From assembly GCF_006345805.1 (NCBI RefSeq), contig NC_043006.1, positions 26,970,001 through 27,034,000 on the forward strand: DNA of 64,000 nucleotides. Reading direction: 5' to 3'. Position 1 is the stretch's first letter. Each line of letters starts with the position of its first letter. Below the pieces are notes generated by a model, which was given only the letters and a program-made list of their open reading frames with translations, searched no databases and had not been told where the DNA came from. The DNA is from Octopus sinensis. Taxonomy: Eukaryota. The position numbers and the translations under genes are program-made. Below, in pieces: positions 12,761 through 26,088 of this stretch.

Positions 12761-13003
12761 AACCCGAAATACGGTCCTACTAGCGAATAGTGGTCCCGGT
12801 GCGCGCACTCGCGCTTCCACGCTAGCTAGTCGTAAGTAGTCGATCTTACAACGACTTGCGCGTATGCAAATGAATATATTATTTTGGCAAATAATATATT
12901 TTTGTTGTCACAAAGAACAAGTCGCACATTGACTTAGTCAATGGTCAAATCGGCATGTTTAATGACATATTTCACATTCACACAAAACTACACTGGTTGA
13001 AAG

Positions 13004-13611
13004 GGAGGATCCGATTCCGAAAAAAGTTTTCAAAAATCGATTTTTCGAAATTTCGTTATGTTATCGCAGTTTTGTGAGATTTGGCTATTATTTCTAGCAT
13101 GTGGATAGGCCGCTTGAAGGCCTGAGGGTATATATATATTTTATTTCTTGTTGAAAAATTGAAATTTTCCAAACAAATTTTGGATCTTTACCTTTTGACC
13201 TACAGATTTAAAAAATAATCTTTTGTAACTAAACACTTTCAAACTTCAGGACACAAGTAGAAGGTATCATATAAAACATCTTTTACTCTTAGCATTTTTG
13301 AGAAAATCTTATATTTATGAAGTTATTTCACGTTAAAGTTCTCGTATTTCGGTAATTTCAACCAATCAATGATGTGTATTTAGCTGAATAAAATTACTGC
13401 TGTTGTTTGTCAACAAGAACTTCCGGCGGTGTATATTTCGTTTGTCACTGTTATTTATGATAACCCTAACCCCAACTCTAATACCCTAAACCTTAAAACC
13501 AGTACAAACGCACTAACGATGATGAAAAAGTGAAAAATGAAGTGGTAGTGGGGGAATTGAAATTTTGAAAATGTGATTTTTGAAAAAAAATTTTTCAGAA
13601 TCGGATCTTCC
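13004..13611. mobile_element. Non-autonomous TIR DNA transposon (Kolobok-like ends, unconfirmed)
   Basis: GGAGGATCCGATTCCGAAAAAAGTTTTCAAAAATC at the left end and GATTTTTGAAAAAAAATTTTTCAGAATCGGATCTTCC at the right end; no clean TSD. Confidence 0.65.
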
Positions 13612-13994
13612 ATAACCAAAGACGAGGGATTCCATTAAAAAAAAATCAATATATATCCATTTTACCCGAATTTATGACGGAAAAATCGGATCTTGTGAAT
13701 TTTCCGGAAGTCCCCAGGGTCATCATCACACATTTTTTGTTTCATATTCATTTTCCATACACTTGTTAACACCTCCAGGCTGGTTAATTTTTTGTTTTTT
13801 TTGTTCCCAGGTGAAGGTCTTTATATTGACCTTGTAAGTCTTATAATGGAAGGCAAGGTTTACGATATTGGGAGAATATCGCCTTCTACCATTATATCTT
13901 GTTCTTTGTGTAGTTCAGGTTTTCAGCAGTAAAAATTTGGTGTAGAAATTGAAAGCATAACTTTTCATATATTTTATTTAATTAAGTACAAAAC

Positions 13995-14378
13995 TCTACT
14001 TGTGAAGACCTGTTGAGGCAAGTGGTGAAAATCAAAATCAAAATCGATCAACATCAATGGAAATTGCAGCTGTGATACCAGTGCCGGTGGTATGTAAGAG
14101 AACCATCCGAACATGGCCGTTGCCAGCGCCGACTCGACTGGCCCCCATTCCGGTGGCATGTAAAATGCACCATCCGATTGTGGCCGTTTGCCAGCCTTGT
14201 CTGGCACATAAAAGCACCCACTACACTCACGGAGTGGTTGGCATTAGGAAGGGCATCCAGCCGTAGAAACATTGCCAGATCAGACTGGGCCTGGTGCAGC
14301 CTTCTGGCTTCCCAGGACCCAGTTGAACTGTCCAACCCATGCTAGCATGGAAAGCGGACACTAAACGATGATGATGAT
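13995..14378 (+). mobile_element. 5'-truncated RTE copy (3'UTR only)
   Basis: GCCGGTGGCA subrepeats, GTTGGCATTAGGAAGGGCATCC, (GAT)n tail; matches the reverse complement of 41965-42330. Confidence 0.85.
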
Positions 14379-14399
14379 ACAGATAATAAGTAAATGAAT

Positions 14400-17174
14400 A
14401 ATATTGAAAGCAAGACATTTTCAAATATTTTAAGTAGGTACATTGTATACAAGTAATAAGTAAATCTTATAAAAAGACAGCTTATGAACATCAAGAAGAT
14501 AACATTTTCAAAAATTTAACTGAGGCAAGTCCGTACTTTTTGTACAAATTAATGACTTCTTTGAATTTGCTTTTTTTGAGAAAGCATTTTGATATCAGGC
14601 TCTAACATAGTGGTTCTTAATTTCGGTTGGGCCTCCAAATGCTCATTTGTCAATTGTGTTCTCAGCGAATTCTTGATTTGCGTCAAGTACGAGAATGTGG
14701 TTTCACAACAGTATGTTGAAAAAAAGTGAGAAAATTAGTCAGTGTGCATGTTCACAAAGATGATATTCTACTGCATTTTTCAAAATTTCAATGGGAATTT
14801 CCCTCATGTCAAACAGAAATTTCAGACATTTCAATAAGCTCCATTTGTAACTCTTTGGAAGCCTTTGATACATGGACTGAGGCTGAAAAGCAAGTTTCAG
14901 AGTGATGTTATGTTTTTCAAAATCATTTTATCTTTTATTATATTCTCCTATTAATGAGTCTAAAACTGACCCATATTCTTCAAAAGATTGATAGATATCT
15001 TCTTCATTTTCACTCATTACCTTCACAAGCTGAGGAAAGTGTCCTTCTGAAAGTTTTGATTGAGCCAAAAGGAATTTGAAAAATGACAATTTTTTTCTAA
15101 ATGCCCAAATTTTTTGCCACATATCATAAATACATTTATTTTTGTCTTGCAACGAAATGTTTAACTCATTTTATTTTGACATCACATCACATAAAAATGC
15201 AAGATCTCTGCAAAAATTTGGATTTGATAAATCACAATGTTTGTTATTTTCTTTGAAAAAGTCGATTATTTGCCTTTGTAAAGACAAAATTTTGACCAAT
15301 GCTTTCCCTTGCGACAACCAATGTACTTTTGAGTGATAAAGCAAATCCACATTAATTACTTCATCATCCATCATTAGCATGTTTCAAAATCGACGATGCT
15401 TCAGGGCATTTGCTCGAATATAGTTTACAATACTTATAACCTTCTGCAAAGTGTCATTTAAAATGACATTTAAATGAAAGAAATCAGTACATTTGGTTCT
15501 TTGGTTACTCTTTTAAGATGTGCAATAAATCCTTCATTTTCAGCCATCATAGCCGGAGCACCATTCATGCACACACTTGTCAAATTAGTAAAATTTAGTC
15601 CTACTTTGTGGTATTGCTCTTTGAAATTGTTAAAAATATCTATCCCTCGTGCCCTTCCTTTAAGGGTGCCTAAAGGAAATAATTCTTCTTATAATTGAAA
15701 ATCATCAGTTATAGCACAAATAAATTACAATACTTGTGCTGAATCTTTGGAATATGTTGATTCATCCAAAGCTACTGAGCAATATACATTTTCTTTTTGG
15801 ATTATATTTTTCAGTTGCTCTGTTACATTACAGGCCAATTCATGCTGTCCTTTTTGAAAGAGGCACTGCTTTATATTTGTTACCTTTATCAGGATCTATA
15901 CATCATACCACTACTAAAATACTTTCCTTTATGAGTTCTGCATCGCTGAATGGCTTACCTTTTCTCCAAGCAAATATACAGCTTTATAGCTAGCTTCTGT
16001 CGTAGCATTCCCTTGATGCAACACAGATTGGAAAAATTGTCTTAGCTTTTGTTTTCCATCTTTCATTTTCTGCAATGCTATCTTTCGAGACTCCCTCTCT
16101 AATTTGGCATATTTATAGTCTTTATGAAGAGCATAATGTTGCTGTGCATTGAATTTCTTAACAATTACAATTGCAGTATCACAAAACAAGCAAGACATTT
16201 TGCCTCCACTATTTACTAAAAAATATTGCAATTCAAGATCCTGTTTTCTTCTTTCAAAGTTCATTTTAATTTTTTTGAGATAATTATGGGTTAAAAAGGA
16301 GTGTATTTATTCTGAAAAACTATAAAAAAATAAAAGTTTAATAACAAATTAGTAAAACCAGTCACACATTGACCCAAATAAAACAGTCTTAGACAAGACA
16401 CAATAAATTTACATCCAAAACCATGTTTTTGGTTTTGAATTTAGCAATTGTTACTACAATTCGAGACTGAACAACATCTAGATTAGCTATTTTTTTTTCT
16501 GTAATTAATGCTATTATTTATCATTCCCTAATTGTTGAAGAAATAATGTAAAATATCACCAGTTTCTAATCTCACAAAATAATGACAGTTGTTGAAGTTA
16601 TGACCAAAATTCCAATAACATGGTTTCAGACGTTGATTGATATTGTCTTGTCTAAGACCATTTTGTCTGAAGCAGTCTACAGCTGGCTTAACAGAGTAGT
16701 AATGAATACAGTCACTGTATCACTTATCAAGTCTCAATGATAAAAAACAAGTCTGTAAAATTAATGCATGCACTGATGGATTTACAGTTTCAAATAAGGC
16801 TCTAACTAACTCAGTCTCACAAAACCAGTCAGTATGAAGTTGGCCATGACTACGCAATTACTAAGTATGGTGCACAGATCACAATGAAAAGATGGATGAG
16901 ACACTTACTCCCACTAGGCTGGTGTAGCTGACAAGGAAATACTACTTTTATATACTTGTTGCTTTGAGTTTAAATTCATTGGGTTCAAAGAAAAATGCTT
17001 CCAATCTCCTTTCATCTATGTGTGCATTTATTGTAAGTTTAAGGTGTATAATGATTTTAGACAAAAAAAATATTCAATGTCAAAAAAGAAAGAAAATATA
17101 CCAATGGCCACAGAAGGCACTTGATGGCTTGGAAGGTCGCATGCAGCCTTAAGGCTGCAGGTTCCCCATCTCTG
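14400..17174 (-). mobile_element. Decayed hAT transposon of the SPIN/OposCharlie/GTF2IRD2-like group
   Basis: 5' end CAGAGATGGGGAACCTGCAGCCTTAAGGCTGCATGCG; zinc-finger-like N-terminus (15929-16264), ALDEST, NGAPAM, HSKVHWLSQG, STYCCETTFS...RSH* (stop 14549-14551); many stops; left TIR not found; small TIR insertion at about 16385-16660. Confidence 0.85.
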
Positions 17175-19229
17175 AACTAGCTGATGGCTGTAAGGAATGA
17201 GGCTTCAATGTGATTGCTCTACATACTAGAAATTACAGCCAGATATTCTGTAAATACCATGCCGGTAATGTCGTATAAAACGAGAAGGACGCATTGGATG
17301 GTATAGTGAGATTATGATTCCATTTTTTGGAATAACAAGACTTACCCAACATGAAACAAGAAATATATTATCACAGGTGTTCTTTAATTTACAAATACCA
17401 GCTTCCCTATCAGCATGCATACAATGCAAATGAACAGCTGAGTCAAACCTCTGTGGAGGTGAGTATTTTGAAAGACAATGGGAGCAGCAAGCAATTTTTT
17501 TTTAAACTTGAAATTTTGATAAAAAACTTTTCAGAATTTTTATCAATAAAAATTATAATAAATTGGGGTGGAATGTTATAAGTTGAAATGTGAAATGTTA
17601 CTTTTGTGATAAAATAATAATCTCCATAGTTGAAAACAGGTATCTGAGGAAATTTTTTAAAAAAGGGCTTGGGTGCCTATTTGACGTTTCTGTCTATATT
17701 TATACAAATATAAATTTCTTTTGTGTTCTTGTCAGTTCCCTATAGACAAGGAAGGTAATTTACACAAAGAACAGGAGTACAGATTGTTTTGATACATGAA
17801 AAAAATATGTACACCTACATATGTAGCAACACTCCTACTGGCTTTTGAGCCATAATTCTCATTTTCCCAGCTCAGAACTATGACCTATTGTATTACCATA
17901 ATAGGGTTAGGGTTAGCACCATAAAAAACATTAACTCCTAACTGAATGTGGCTCAATCAGCACTGGATGACTTATTAAGGTTGATGTAGCAAATTTGAAC
18001 AGTAGTGTGTGAGTCTTCCCATCAAAGAATTTGTTGAATGTTCTGGAAGATGTGGCTTACAGTTAAAAAATCTGCCAAATTCAACTGTGTCATTTTGCTC
18101 AGTAAGTTCATCTCTCACTGTCATTTGTGTATTTTTCTTATTTAACATGCTTATGTCATCTGACAAAAGGCTCCAACCTTAAATTGCAGAGTTAAATAAC
18201 ACACATTGGTTATATGCAGTAATTTATATCTGTATCTATATGTGTGTGTGTACGTGATTGTAATTTATGCATGTCCACAAATTAGCACACATGTCGCTCC
18301 AATTTTAGGAGGACATTCGTCAACATCCTACCTGGGTTTTGTCAACTTATTTTTTTCTCGAGGCACCCTCGGATAGTGGTAAAAATCTATTTTCAGCCAT
18401 AGCTTTTACCAAATTGGAAGGTTGATAACATGAGTTAAGTCCCTTCTAGCCATAGCCAAACGAAAGTGCGTGTGTTAGGGAGAGAGAGAAGTTGTGTGTT
18501 GATGTATGTGTGTGTGTGTGTGAGGGAGAGAGAGTGTTTCACAACGTCTAACAAAAATAGTACAGAAAAAGTATGTGTAAGGAAGAGTGGGAGATAGTTT
18601 GACAGCGTCTAACAAAAAAAAAAGGTAAAGACAAAGTGAGAGAGAGAGAGGGAGAGTAAGTCACAGCGTTCATAAAAAATAAAATGTAATATGTTTTGTT
18701 TTTTCTTAAACACGAGATATAGTGTTCAAATTTAGGATGTTTTTGAAAGACTCTATATTTTATAATCAGAGTATATATACTTTCTCACACAACAATTACA
18801 ATATATTTATTTTAAATCGTTCATCTTTTTCCCCCCTCTCTCTCACACACACATTACTTTGGGTGTGAAAGAGTTTTGTTTTTACGTCGAGTAAAAATGT
18901 GTTTTGTTGACAATCCATTTATTTAACAACAAAGAAACAAAGAGGTAGGTAACAGTTTGTCAGTGAATTACACAATATAAATGGGTACAATTTCCAAGGC
19001 TTCCACCACACCCCACTCCATTCCACGGACCACAAAAAAGGTATTGTAGCACATTAGGAGGCCAGAGTAGTTGATTCCATGCAGTGAAAATCGTGCGAGT
19101 GTTAATCTACAAATTTACCAACATTTTTTCCATTCATTTCTGTTTATGAACATGTATGCTTGCACAAAACATGTAATAGGTGTACGTACGTGTGTGTTGC
19201 CCATATTTATATTATATTATATTATATAT

Positions 19230-19619
19230 ATATATAATATAAAGCTGAAGTTGTCCGTGTATGGCAGGTTTGGTAGCCTTCAACTAACACTATCTCCTCC
19301 GAGACCCTGCGGTGCAAGTTGACCAAAATTGAGAGTATGATAGAAGAAGGCTTGCTCTTCCTTCCATAGAAGAAAAAATTCAAATCGGACCTTGTTAACA
19401 CCAAAAATTATTTACATCAAACAGGTGCTTTATTTCTATGAAAATCCCTATTTTTTATGATCTTTTTACTGCTGTGTCGCCATTTTTCGGTGTATTTCAA
19501 CTGGAAAAATGTTCACTTAAAGAGAATAACAAGCTACATAATGCAAAATTTTTACTTTTCAAAAATTCCAATTCTAAAGGGTTGAAACAAACCCGAGCAA
19601 TGCCAGGCAATACTGCTAG
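19230..19619 (+). mobile_element. Non-autonomous Helitron-like element
   Basis: TA-rich 5' end, 3' CCCGAGCAATGCCAGG hairpin and CTAG at 19616-19619; inverted homologue of 2986-3357. Confidence 0.8.
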
Positions 19620-19959
19620 TTCCTTGTATTTGCTTTGTCTTCAGTGATTATGCACTTCTCTCATAGTATTATCAGAAGATTCAAACTACTATGTTTGCTG
19701 CTTTATGAACATTGTTCCATATATACAATATGGGTTAATAAAATAAATGAAAACTCAAATAAATATTAGTGTGGTCATTCTTGTTTTCACATGGCCTACC
19801 GATATATTGTGAACTACTAACAAAAAGAAATGTCTAACTACCACACTAAAAATTGGTGACTGGGATAAATTCACTATATCATCATCATCGTTCAATATTC
19901 ATTTTCCATGCTGGCATGGCTTGCACGATTTAACAGGAGCTGGCAAGGGAGAGAACTGC

Positions 19960-21820
19960 ATCAAGCCCCTATGATGTCAGTTTCCCAGACCAGCAAATGT
20001 TTACTCTTTGACCAACTTGTCGTCACTGTTTAATTAGAGTTCGTGGTCCTCCCTTGTACTTTCTTAACAGGTGGACCCAACCCCTGAAGGCGTGCTCCAA
20101 GTGAACAGGCCAGATCCATGATACCTCAACAGACGGTTTGCATGCACAATTTCTGGAGAAGTCCTGCTGCCTCCTCAAATCTTGTACATCACATCAGACA
20201 GGCGATTCCTCATGATATAAGGTCCTTCCCATGGACTCTGCAGCTTCAGTGGCTGCCCTCTCTTCCACTGGGGGTTATGAAACCACACTTCATCACCCTC
20301 CTTAAAGTCGTTCTCAGTAGCCCTGGTGTCATGCCGACGCTTCATCACTTCACCTGAAAACTTCAGAGCTTCTCTAACTTGCTGGTGTACTTCAGTCAGC
20401 CTCTCTTGCAGATGTTTCACATAGCTGGAGGTTTCCATGGGCAGTTCTTCCCCTGGTGGTCTCGCTGCCTCTGGTCTTAAGTCAGTATTCCTCGTCTGCC
20501 TCTTCTGTAATTCTCCGGTTGACACATGTCCAGTCATTGCAGTACAGTTGCACTTATTACTGTGCTCTTCCCTTCCTGCACAATGCTTGCGGTGCGGTTT
20601 ACAAGGACAACATCTCAAGCTATCAGCATTATCATGTACCTGCCCCAAACGGTGCTGTACTTCATAATTGTGCTGGTCCAGTTTCCCTAGCCAGGCGCTA
20701 ATTGTTCCTCCAGGTTCCACAGTGTCCTCAGCCACTTGAGTACTGCATGGTCCATTCTGATGGTAAAGTGGGAACCGTACAGGTACAAACGAAAAAATTC
20801 AACGCTCTTCATCAGTGCCAAAAGCTCCTTACAGGTTACATAGTAGTTTCATTTGGGTGGGCTAAGCTTTTTACTGTAATACACCACCACATATTCCTTG
20901 TCACCCTTCCTCTGAGACAGTACTTGACCAATACCATGGCTACTGGTGTCACAGTCCAGTATGAAAGGCTTGCTCGGGTCTGGGTACGGCAACATCAGAG
21001 AACTCACTAGCACCTGTTTGAGTCCATCAAAAGCGCCCTGTGTCATGGCAGTCCACTCAAACTTTTGGCTCTTCCCCAGTAGCCTGTGCAGCCAACATTA
21101 CAAAGTTTTCTATAAAGCACCTATAATAGGTGCACAGTCCTAAAAGATTCCTCAACTCCTTTACACAAATAGGAACCAACCAATCCTTCACTGTCACTTC
21201 ATTTAGTGCTCTATAATCCACACAGCATCTCACTGTACTATCTCCTTTCCGCACTAAAGCAATTGCTGATGACCAGGGACTGCTCGACTTTTCCACTACT
21301 CCCTGTCGTTGATATTTCTCCATCACTTCTTCCATTTCCCATCGCTGAACGGGGGCCATCCTCTGAGCTGGCTGCTTGATTGGGCAATGGCCACCCGTAT
21401 CGATATGGTGCTCCACCAGGTCCATACAACCAACGTCTAGATCTCCTGCTGAGAACTTATCAGCACACCTTGCTAGCAGCTGCCTCAACTGCAACACCTG
21501 AGTGCCATCTAAGCTCTGGCGATTCCGTGTGAACAGATCTTGTAAATGCACAGGCAGACCACCATCTACCTCAACTACCTTCCTGCAGTGATGCAACTGA
21601 GCCTGCCACTGGCCCACTGCCTGGCACAGTCCCACGGTTTGTCCTTTACAAATCCTCGGTGCCACTCTCTAGAAATTGGCTGCCTCAGCCAGCGCTACAT
21701 CAGTTCCTGCCTCCACCAGGGTTCATTTGACCGTCACTCCAGCTTCCATATTGCATCATCTGTCGGGCTCCACCAGCACCAAACGGGTTGCCATGTGCAG
21801 CCTTCTTGTACCTATGGAGT
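19960..21820 (-). mobile_element. Gypsy/Ty3 LTR retrotransposon pol remnant (RT-RNaseH-integrase order), heavily deleted
   Basis: HHIDTG..PIKQ, SSSPWSS, RCCVDYRALN (21057-21665); FILDCDTSSHGIGQVLSQ...YYSKKL (20849-21046); KLQSPWEGPY (20175-20735); no LTRs seen. Confidence 0.85.
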
Positions 21821-21821
21821 A

Positions 21822-22546
21822 TCTCAACAGACATGATAGAGTGGTATGGTAAATTCACTGGGTAATTTGCAATGATCTGGACCTGCCCTACAATAAAAAC
21901 TGGTGGGAACACAAACCACTTGCAGTGCTTGAAAATGATCACATCTCACTCTTTTGGAACTTTACTTCTCAAACTGACAGAAAGATAGATGAAAATAGGC
22001 CAGACATTATATTGAAAGATTTCAGACAAAAATCATGCCTCTTCATTGATACAATTATCCCGATCAACATAAATCTGTCTGTCAAGACCTACCAAAAACT
22101 GAGCAAATATAAAGACCTTGAAATAGAAATTGGCAAAATGTGGAACCTCAAGACTAAAACCATGCCTGTTGTGATAGGTGCCCTATGAATGATAGCAAAA
22201 GGAGCTGATATAAAGATATTCAAAAAATTGTGCTCATGGAAACTGCTCATATCCTATGAAAAATATTGTCTGTGTAATCCCCAAAACATTTTAATCTGAA
22301 AACATTGTCAAAATGTACATAATAGCAAATACCTTTTACTGTCATCTTAAGATCATACTAACGTCTTATAATCAAATTACTTTTAAACAAACTTCTAAAT
22401 TTCTTATGTTTTGACAAATATTTTCTGGACCAAAAATACGGCACTCTAGTTCATAATTCCAACTTGAACTTCTAACTTGTTGTCTCTTGAGGTCTCTAGG
22501 TGAGACTTGGAGTCAACTTATACAAATACAAACCAATAGCCAAACA
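21822..22546 (+). mobile_element. RLE-type non-LTR retrotransposon 3' fragment (R4/NeSL-like)
   Basis: RHD...IHW.IC...WWEHKP..VLEN, NRPDII.KD, LFID..IP, KLSKYKDL.IEI..MW, PVVIGAL: restriction-like endonuclease motifs. Confidence 0.8.
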
Positions 22547-22564
22547 TATAATAATAATAATAAT

Positions 22565-22965
22565 GATTTCAAATTTTGACACAAGGCCGGCAATTTCTGG
22601 GAGCGGGTAAGTCAATTACATCGACCCCAGTATTCAACTGGTACTTATTTTATTGACCCTGAAAGAATGAAAGGCAAAGTCAACCTTGGCAGAATTTGAA
22701 TGCAGAACGTGAAGACAGATGAAATGCCACTAAGCATTTTGCTCGGCATGCTAACGATTCTGCTGGCTCACTGTCTTCCATAATAATTATAATTAGTTGA
22801 TTATGTTGACCCTCTCTGTGCTCAACTGGTACTTATTTCATCAACCAGAAAAGATTAAAGATAAAGTTGATCTTGGCAAAATTTGAACTCAAAATATAAA
22901 ACTGGAAGAAATGCCACAAAGCATTTTGTTCAACATGCAAGCAATTCTGCCAGCTCACTGCCTTT
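22565..22965 (-). mobile_element. Two tandem Deu/Nin-like SINE copies
   Basis: Two reverse-complement copies of the 9940-type SINE, bounded by (TAA)n tracts. Confidence 0.7.
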
Positions 22966-24376
22966 TCCATAATAATAATAATAATAATAGTAATAATAGC
23001 ATTAATGTATTTCTAATGATACAAATGACAATTGTATTAATAATAGTTATCACCATCATCATCATTTAATGTCCATATTCCCTTCTGGCATGGGTTGGAT
23101 GGTTCGACAGGATCTGACAGTTTCAAAGATTGCATCATGTTCCAATGTCTTCTTTCCATTACTTCTATGACTGCATGTATTAAGTGCTTTTTTAATTGCA
23201 TTAGCATAATGAGATCACCATTCAGCTTGCAAGACTAAGATCTCCTCTGACTGAGTGAGACTACAGTAGAGAAAAAGAGAGAGAGAGAGAGTGTTTATGT
23301 TAAGAGAAGTGACCAGGACAGAGCAAGGTTTTTCTGTAGAGGCTATTCACTTTATAGAAAGGAGAATGAGTGTGAGGCTGGAAAGAGATTAAAATAGTTG
23401 GTATGAGGTGTCAGAGTGGAAAGGGAATATGGGTGGGTAGTGGTTGAAAGAGTGTATAGGAGATGGGGAAACAGATGAGGGAGTTAATATTATAAATGAA
23501 GAACAAGTAATGATCAAATGACAAGTAGGGGAGGTGGGGAAGAGAGCAGGTGACAACTGTAAAGATTGCGTAGAGTTGAGGTGTAGATAGGAGTGGAGGT
23601 AACCACATTACATATAAATTTGGGAGAAAGAGAGAGATGACGTGATTCAGTAGGCTGTAAGAGTGTGGAGATAGAGTGAGAGATGTATGGTGGTGAAGAA
23701 GGAGAACTAATTTAGTGGTTCAGGAGGGTAGTCGATGTAAAATATGGATGGAGACGGCTGTATTAAGAATGAAGGTTGGATATCAAGTGAAATATTTTCA
23801 GGTAGTGAGAAAAATAAGTGGTATATCGGAAAAGCTGGCGAAGTATGCAGGAATTTCTCCAAAAATAATTGGTAAACTAAATTTGTGGTTGTGTACAAAA
23901 GGTTGGGATATTTTTGCTTTCTGGAATGCATAGAAGCAATCTTTAAGAGGAAGTATTTCAAGCTAGGCCTTTTCACTGTTTATATTTCATGCAATATTCA
24001 AAGTTCATTATCTAATCTATGTGCATTTTTATGTACACACACACACACAAAGTGTAGAGAAGTATTCATTTGCTAATGCTGTAAGACTCACGAATATGTC
24101 AGTGTAGTCCATTCTTAAGCTGTTATTAATTTATTAATTTTGATGTATTTTAAATGTTTCCATTTCTACTGGATAAATATAAGAGTATAAAGTTTGGTTA
24201 TTATAGAGCAGCTATGGGGAAACCTGTGGTCCAATTTGCTGCTGCTATTCATGTAAAACATAATCCTCTTGATATTTGTTTTTCATAATTCTCCTTTCAT
24301 TCATTATAGTTTTTGATTTAATAAATTATAGTCCTGTGGTGTTTGTTATATTATTTAAACGATTATTCTGTTTCAG

Positions 24377-24399
24377 ATGTTATGCATCCATGGTTACAG
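24377..24399 (+). CDS. OVCA2: Esterase OVCA2/FSH1-family serine hydrolase, first identified coding exon (23-nt microexon, MLCIHGYR)
   Basis: tttcag|ATG...TACAG|gtaaga; matches the family xLCxHGYRQN motif; phase 2 joins the next exon. Confidence 0.85.
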
Positions 24400-25471
24400 G
24401 TAAGAATATACTATTATTTGCATCTCTCTCTTTCTCTCTCTTAATAACTATCTACAATGAATTGCTGGCTACTAGTCTTTGCACCCAAGCAATAGCTTTA
24501 CAACAATCTGCCTTGTTATTTATTGTTTTACTTTTTTTAGTGCTTTACTCGCTTATGTCATCTCCAGCAGATCTGTTTGTTCAGCTCTTGGTTAATATTC
24601 TTTCTGAAACAAAGCTCAAAATTTACTCTTCAATATCATCATCACTGCCACCACTGTTTTTCCTTGTTGACATTGGCTCAGTAGATCTTTTACAGACATG
24701 TGCCATCAATAATTACTCATGGTAGGCAGTTGGTGACCTTTATGTAGTAAAACGCACAAAAAAATAAGTGAAACACAGCCATGTGACTGAGTTGAAGGCA
24801 GATTTACTTCTGCCTTTATAGCACGTAAAGAAAACAGTGTTGTAGGAGTGTACACAGCATGTGTACTACAGCAGTACTATGTGTAGCTTAAATACAGAGA
24901 TATAAAGGCAGGGGCGAATTATGCCTACCTAATCTAGAAAAAAATAAAATATTTTGCATTTTATGCATAGTAATCAGAGTAACCTTCATAATTTTATTGA
25001 ATTAGGTGCATATTTTGCCATAAAAGGAAAATGTTGCTGTCAATCTATTTTATTCAAGGTAGGCACTGCCTACCTAGGCGGCATGTCTCTGGTTTTTTAT
25101 ATGGCATTTTGCAATTCTTGAACCATCATCACTACATCTGTGAAACCCAGCATCCTAATATCTGATCTTGCCACGTTTTGGTCTCTCTTGAATAGCTTCT
25201 ATTGTCATCAAATACCTCTACTCTTATACATTTGCATATTTTAAATCCTGATTTTCTGTCATTCTACCTGAGATTACAAATTACTTGCACTGTGTATTCA
25301 TTATTGTCTTCTCTCAACAGCTTTCCTACTATCTTTTCTACGATAGAATAAGTACTAAGCTAAAGAAATAAGTCCTGGGGTCAATTTGTTCAACTAAAGA
25401 GCCCTTCAAGGCAGTACTCCAGCAAGGCTACAATCAAATGACTGAAACAAGTAAAACAATAAAAGAGTATA

Positions 25472-25903
25472 TATATTATTTAATTAACACAATATATATT
25501 TTTATGTGCTGCTATTAGTTTCATGCAATGAAAGCTTCTCAGGCAGCACTTTTTAACACACTCGGTGCCTTAGCACTATCTTCAGGCAATGCCCACGTGG
25601 CATAACGAGCAAAAAATAGGATGATAGAAAAAACAAGAAAAGGTGAGAAAGAAGGTGATATAAAAGATGGAAAGTGAAAAACCAGAAAATGAAAAAGTTT
25701 TTCACCTTTTATATCACCTTCTTCTTCACCTTTTCTTGTTTTTTGTCTCATCCTATCATCCTATTTTTAACTTGTTATGCCATGTGGGCTTTGCCTGAAG
25801 ATTGCGCTAAGGCACCAGATGTGTTAAAAAATACTGAGATGCTTTCATCACATGAAACTAATAGTAGCACATAAAAACATGTATTGTGTTTGTTAAATGA
25901 TAT
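25472..25903. mobile_element. Foldback MITE with about 195-bp inverted arms, in the intron after the microexon
   Basis: 25472-25666 mirrors 25706-25903 (e.g. GGTGCCTTAGC/GCTAAGGCACC, CTTCAGGCAA/TTGCCTGAAG). Confidence 0.85.
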
Positions 25904-26017
25904 TTATTTCTCACCAGATGGAGTACTTTTTTTGTTGATCTTACCATCACAGAACAGTATAATATGTATATATATATTTATTTACATGTAACTAAGAATA
26001 ATACATTTCTTTTACAG

Positions 26018-26088
26018 ACAAAATGCTCAGTTATTCAGAGAGAAAACAGGCTCTTTCAGAAAACTTCTCAAAAATAAAGTAGAATTTG
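26018..26088 (+). CDS. OVCA2: OVCA2-like exon 2 (QNAQLFREKTGSFRKLLKNKVEF)
   Basis: ttacag| ... |gtaaga; FREKTG..RK family motif; phase 2 in, phase 1 out. Confidence 0.92.

Noticed and set aside
13702-13712. CCGGAAGT as the OVCA2 promoter
   Set aside because: It lies within a copy of the dispersed repeat sub-block also seen at about 4408-4440; there is no independent support.
14549-16264. Domesticated GTF2IRD2/EPM2AIP1-like gene
   Set aside because: It has multiple stops and frameshifts, an altered catalytic motif (NGAPAM) and a retained transposon terminus.
12611-17915. TTAGGG/CCTAAC runs (12611-12650, 13462-13495, 17902-17915) as interstitial telomeres
   Set aside because: They are short, degenerate and embedded in or next to dispersed repeats; no fusion-type array.
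22547-22563. (TAA)n as a Dong/R4-type specific target of the RLE element
   Set aside because: The same tract is equally explained as the tail of the adjacent - strand SINE, so specificity cannot be inferred.
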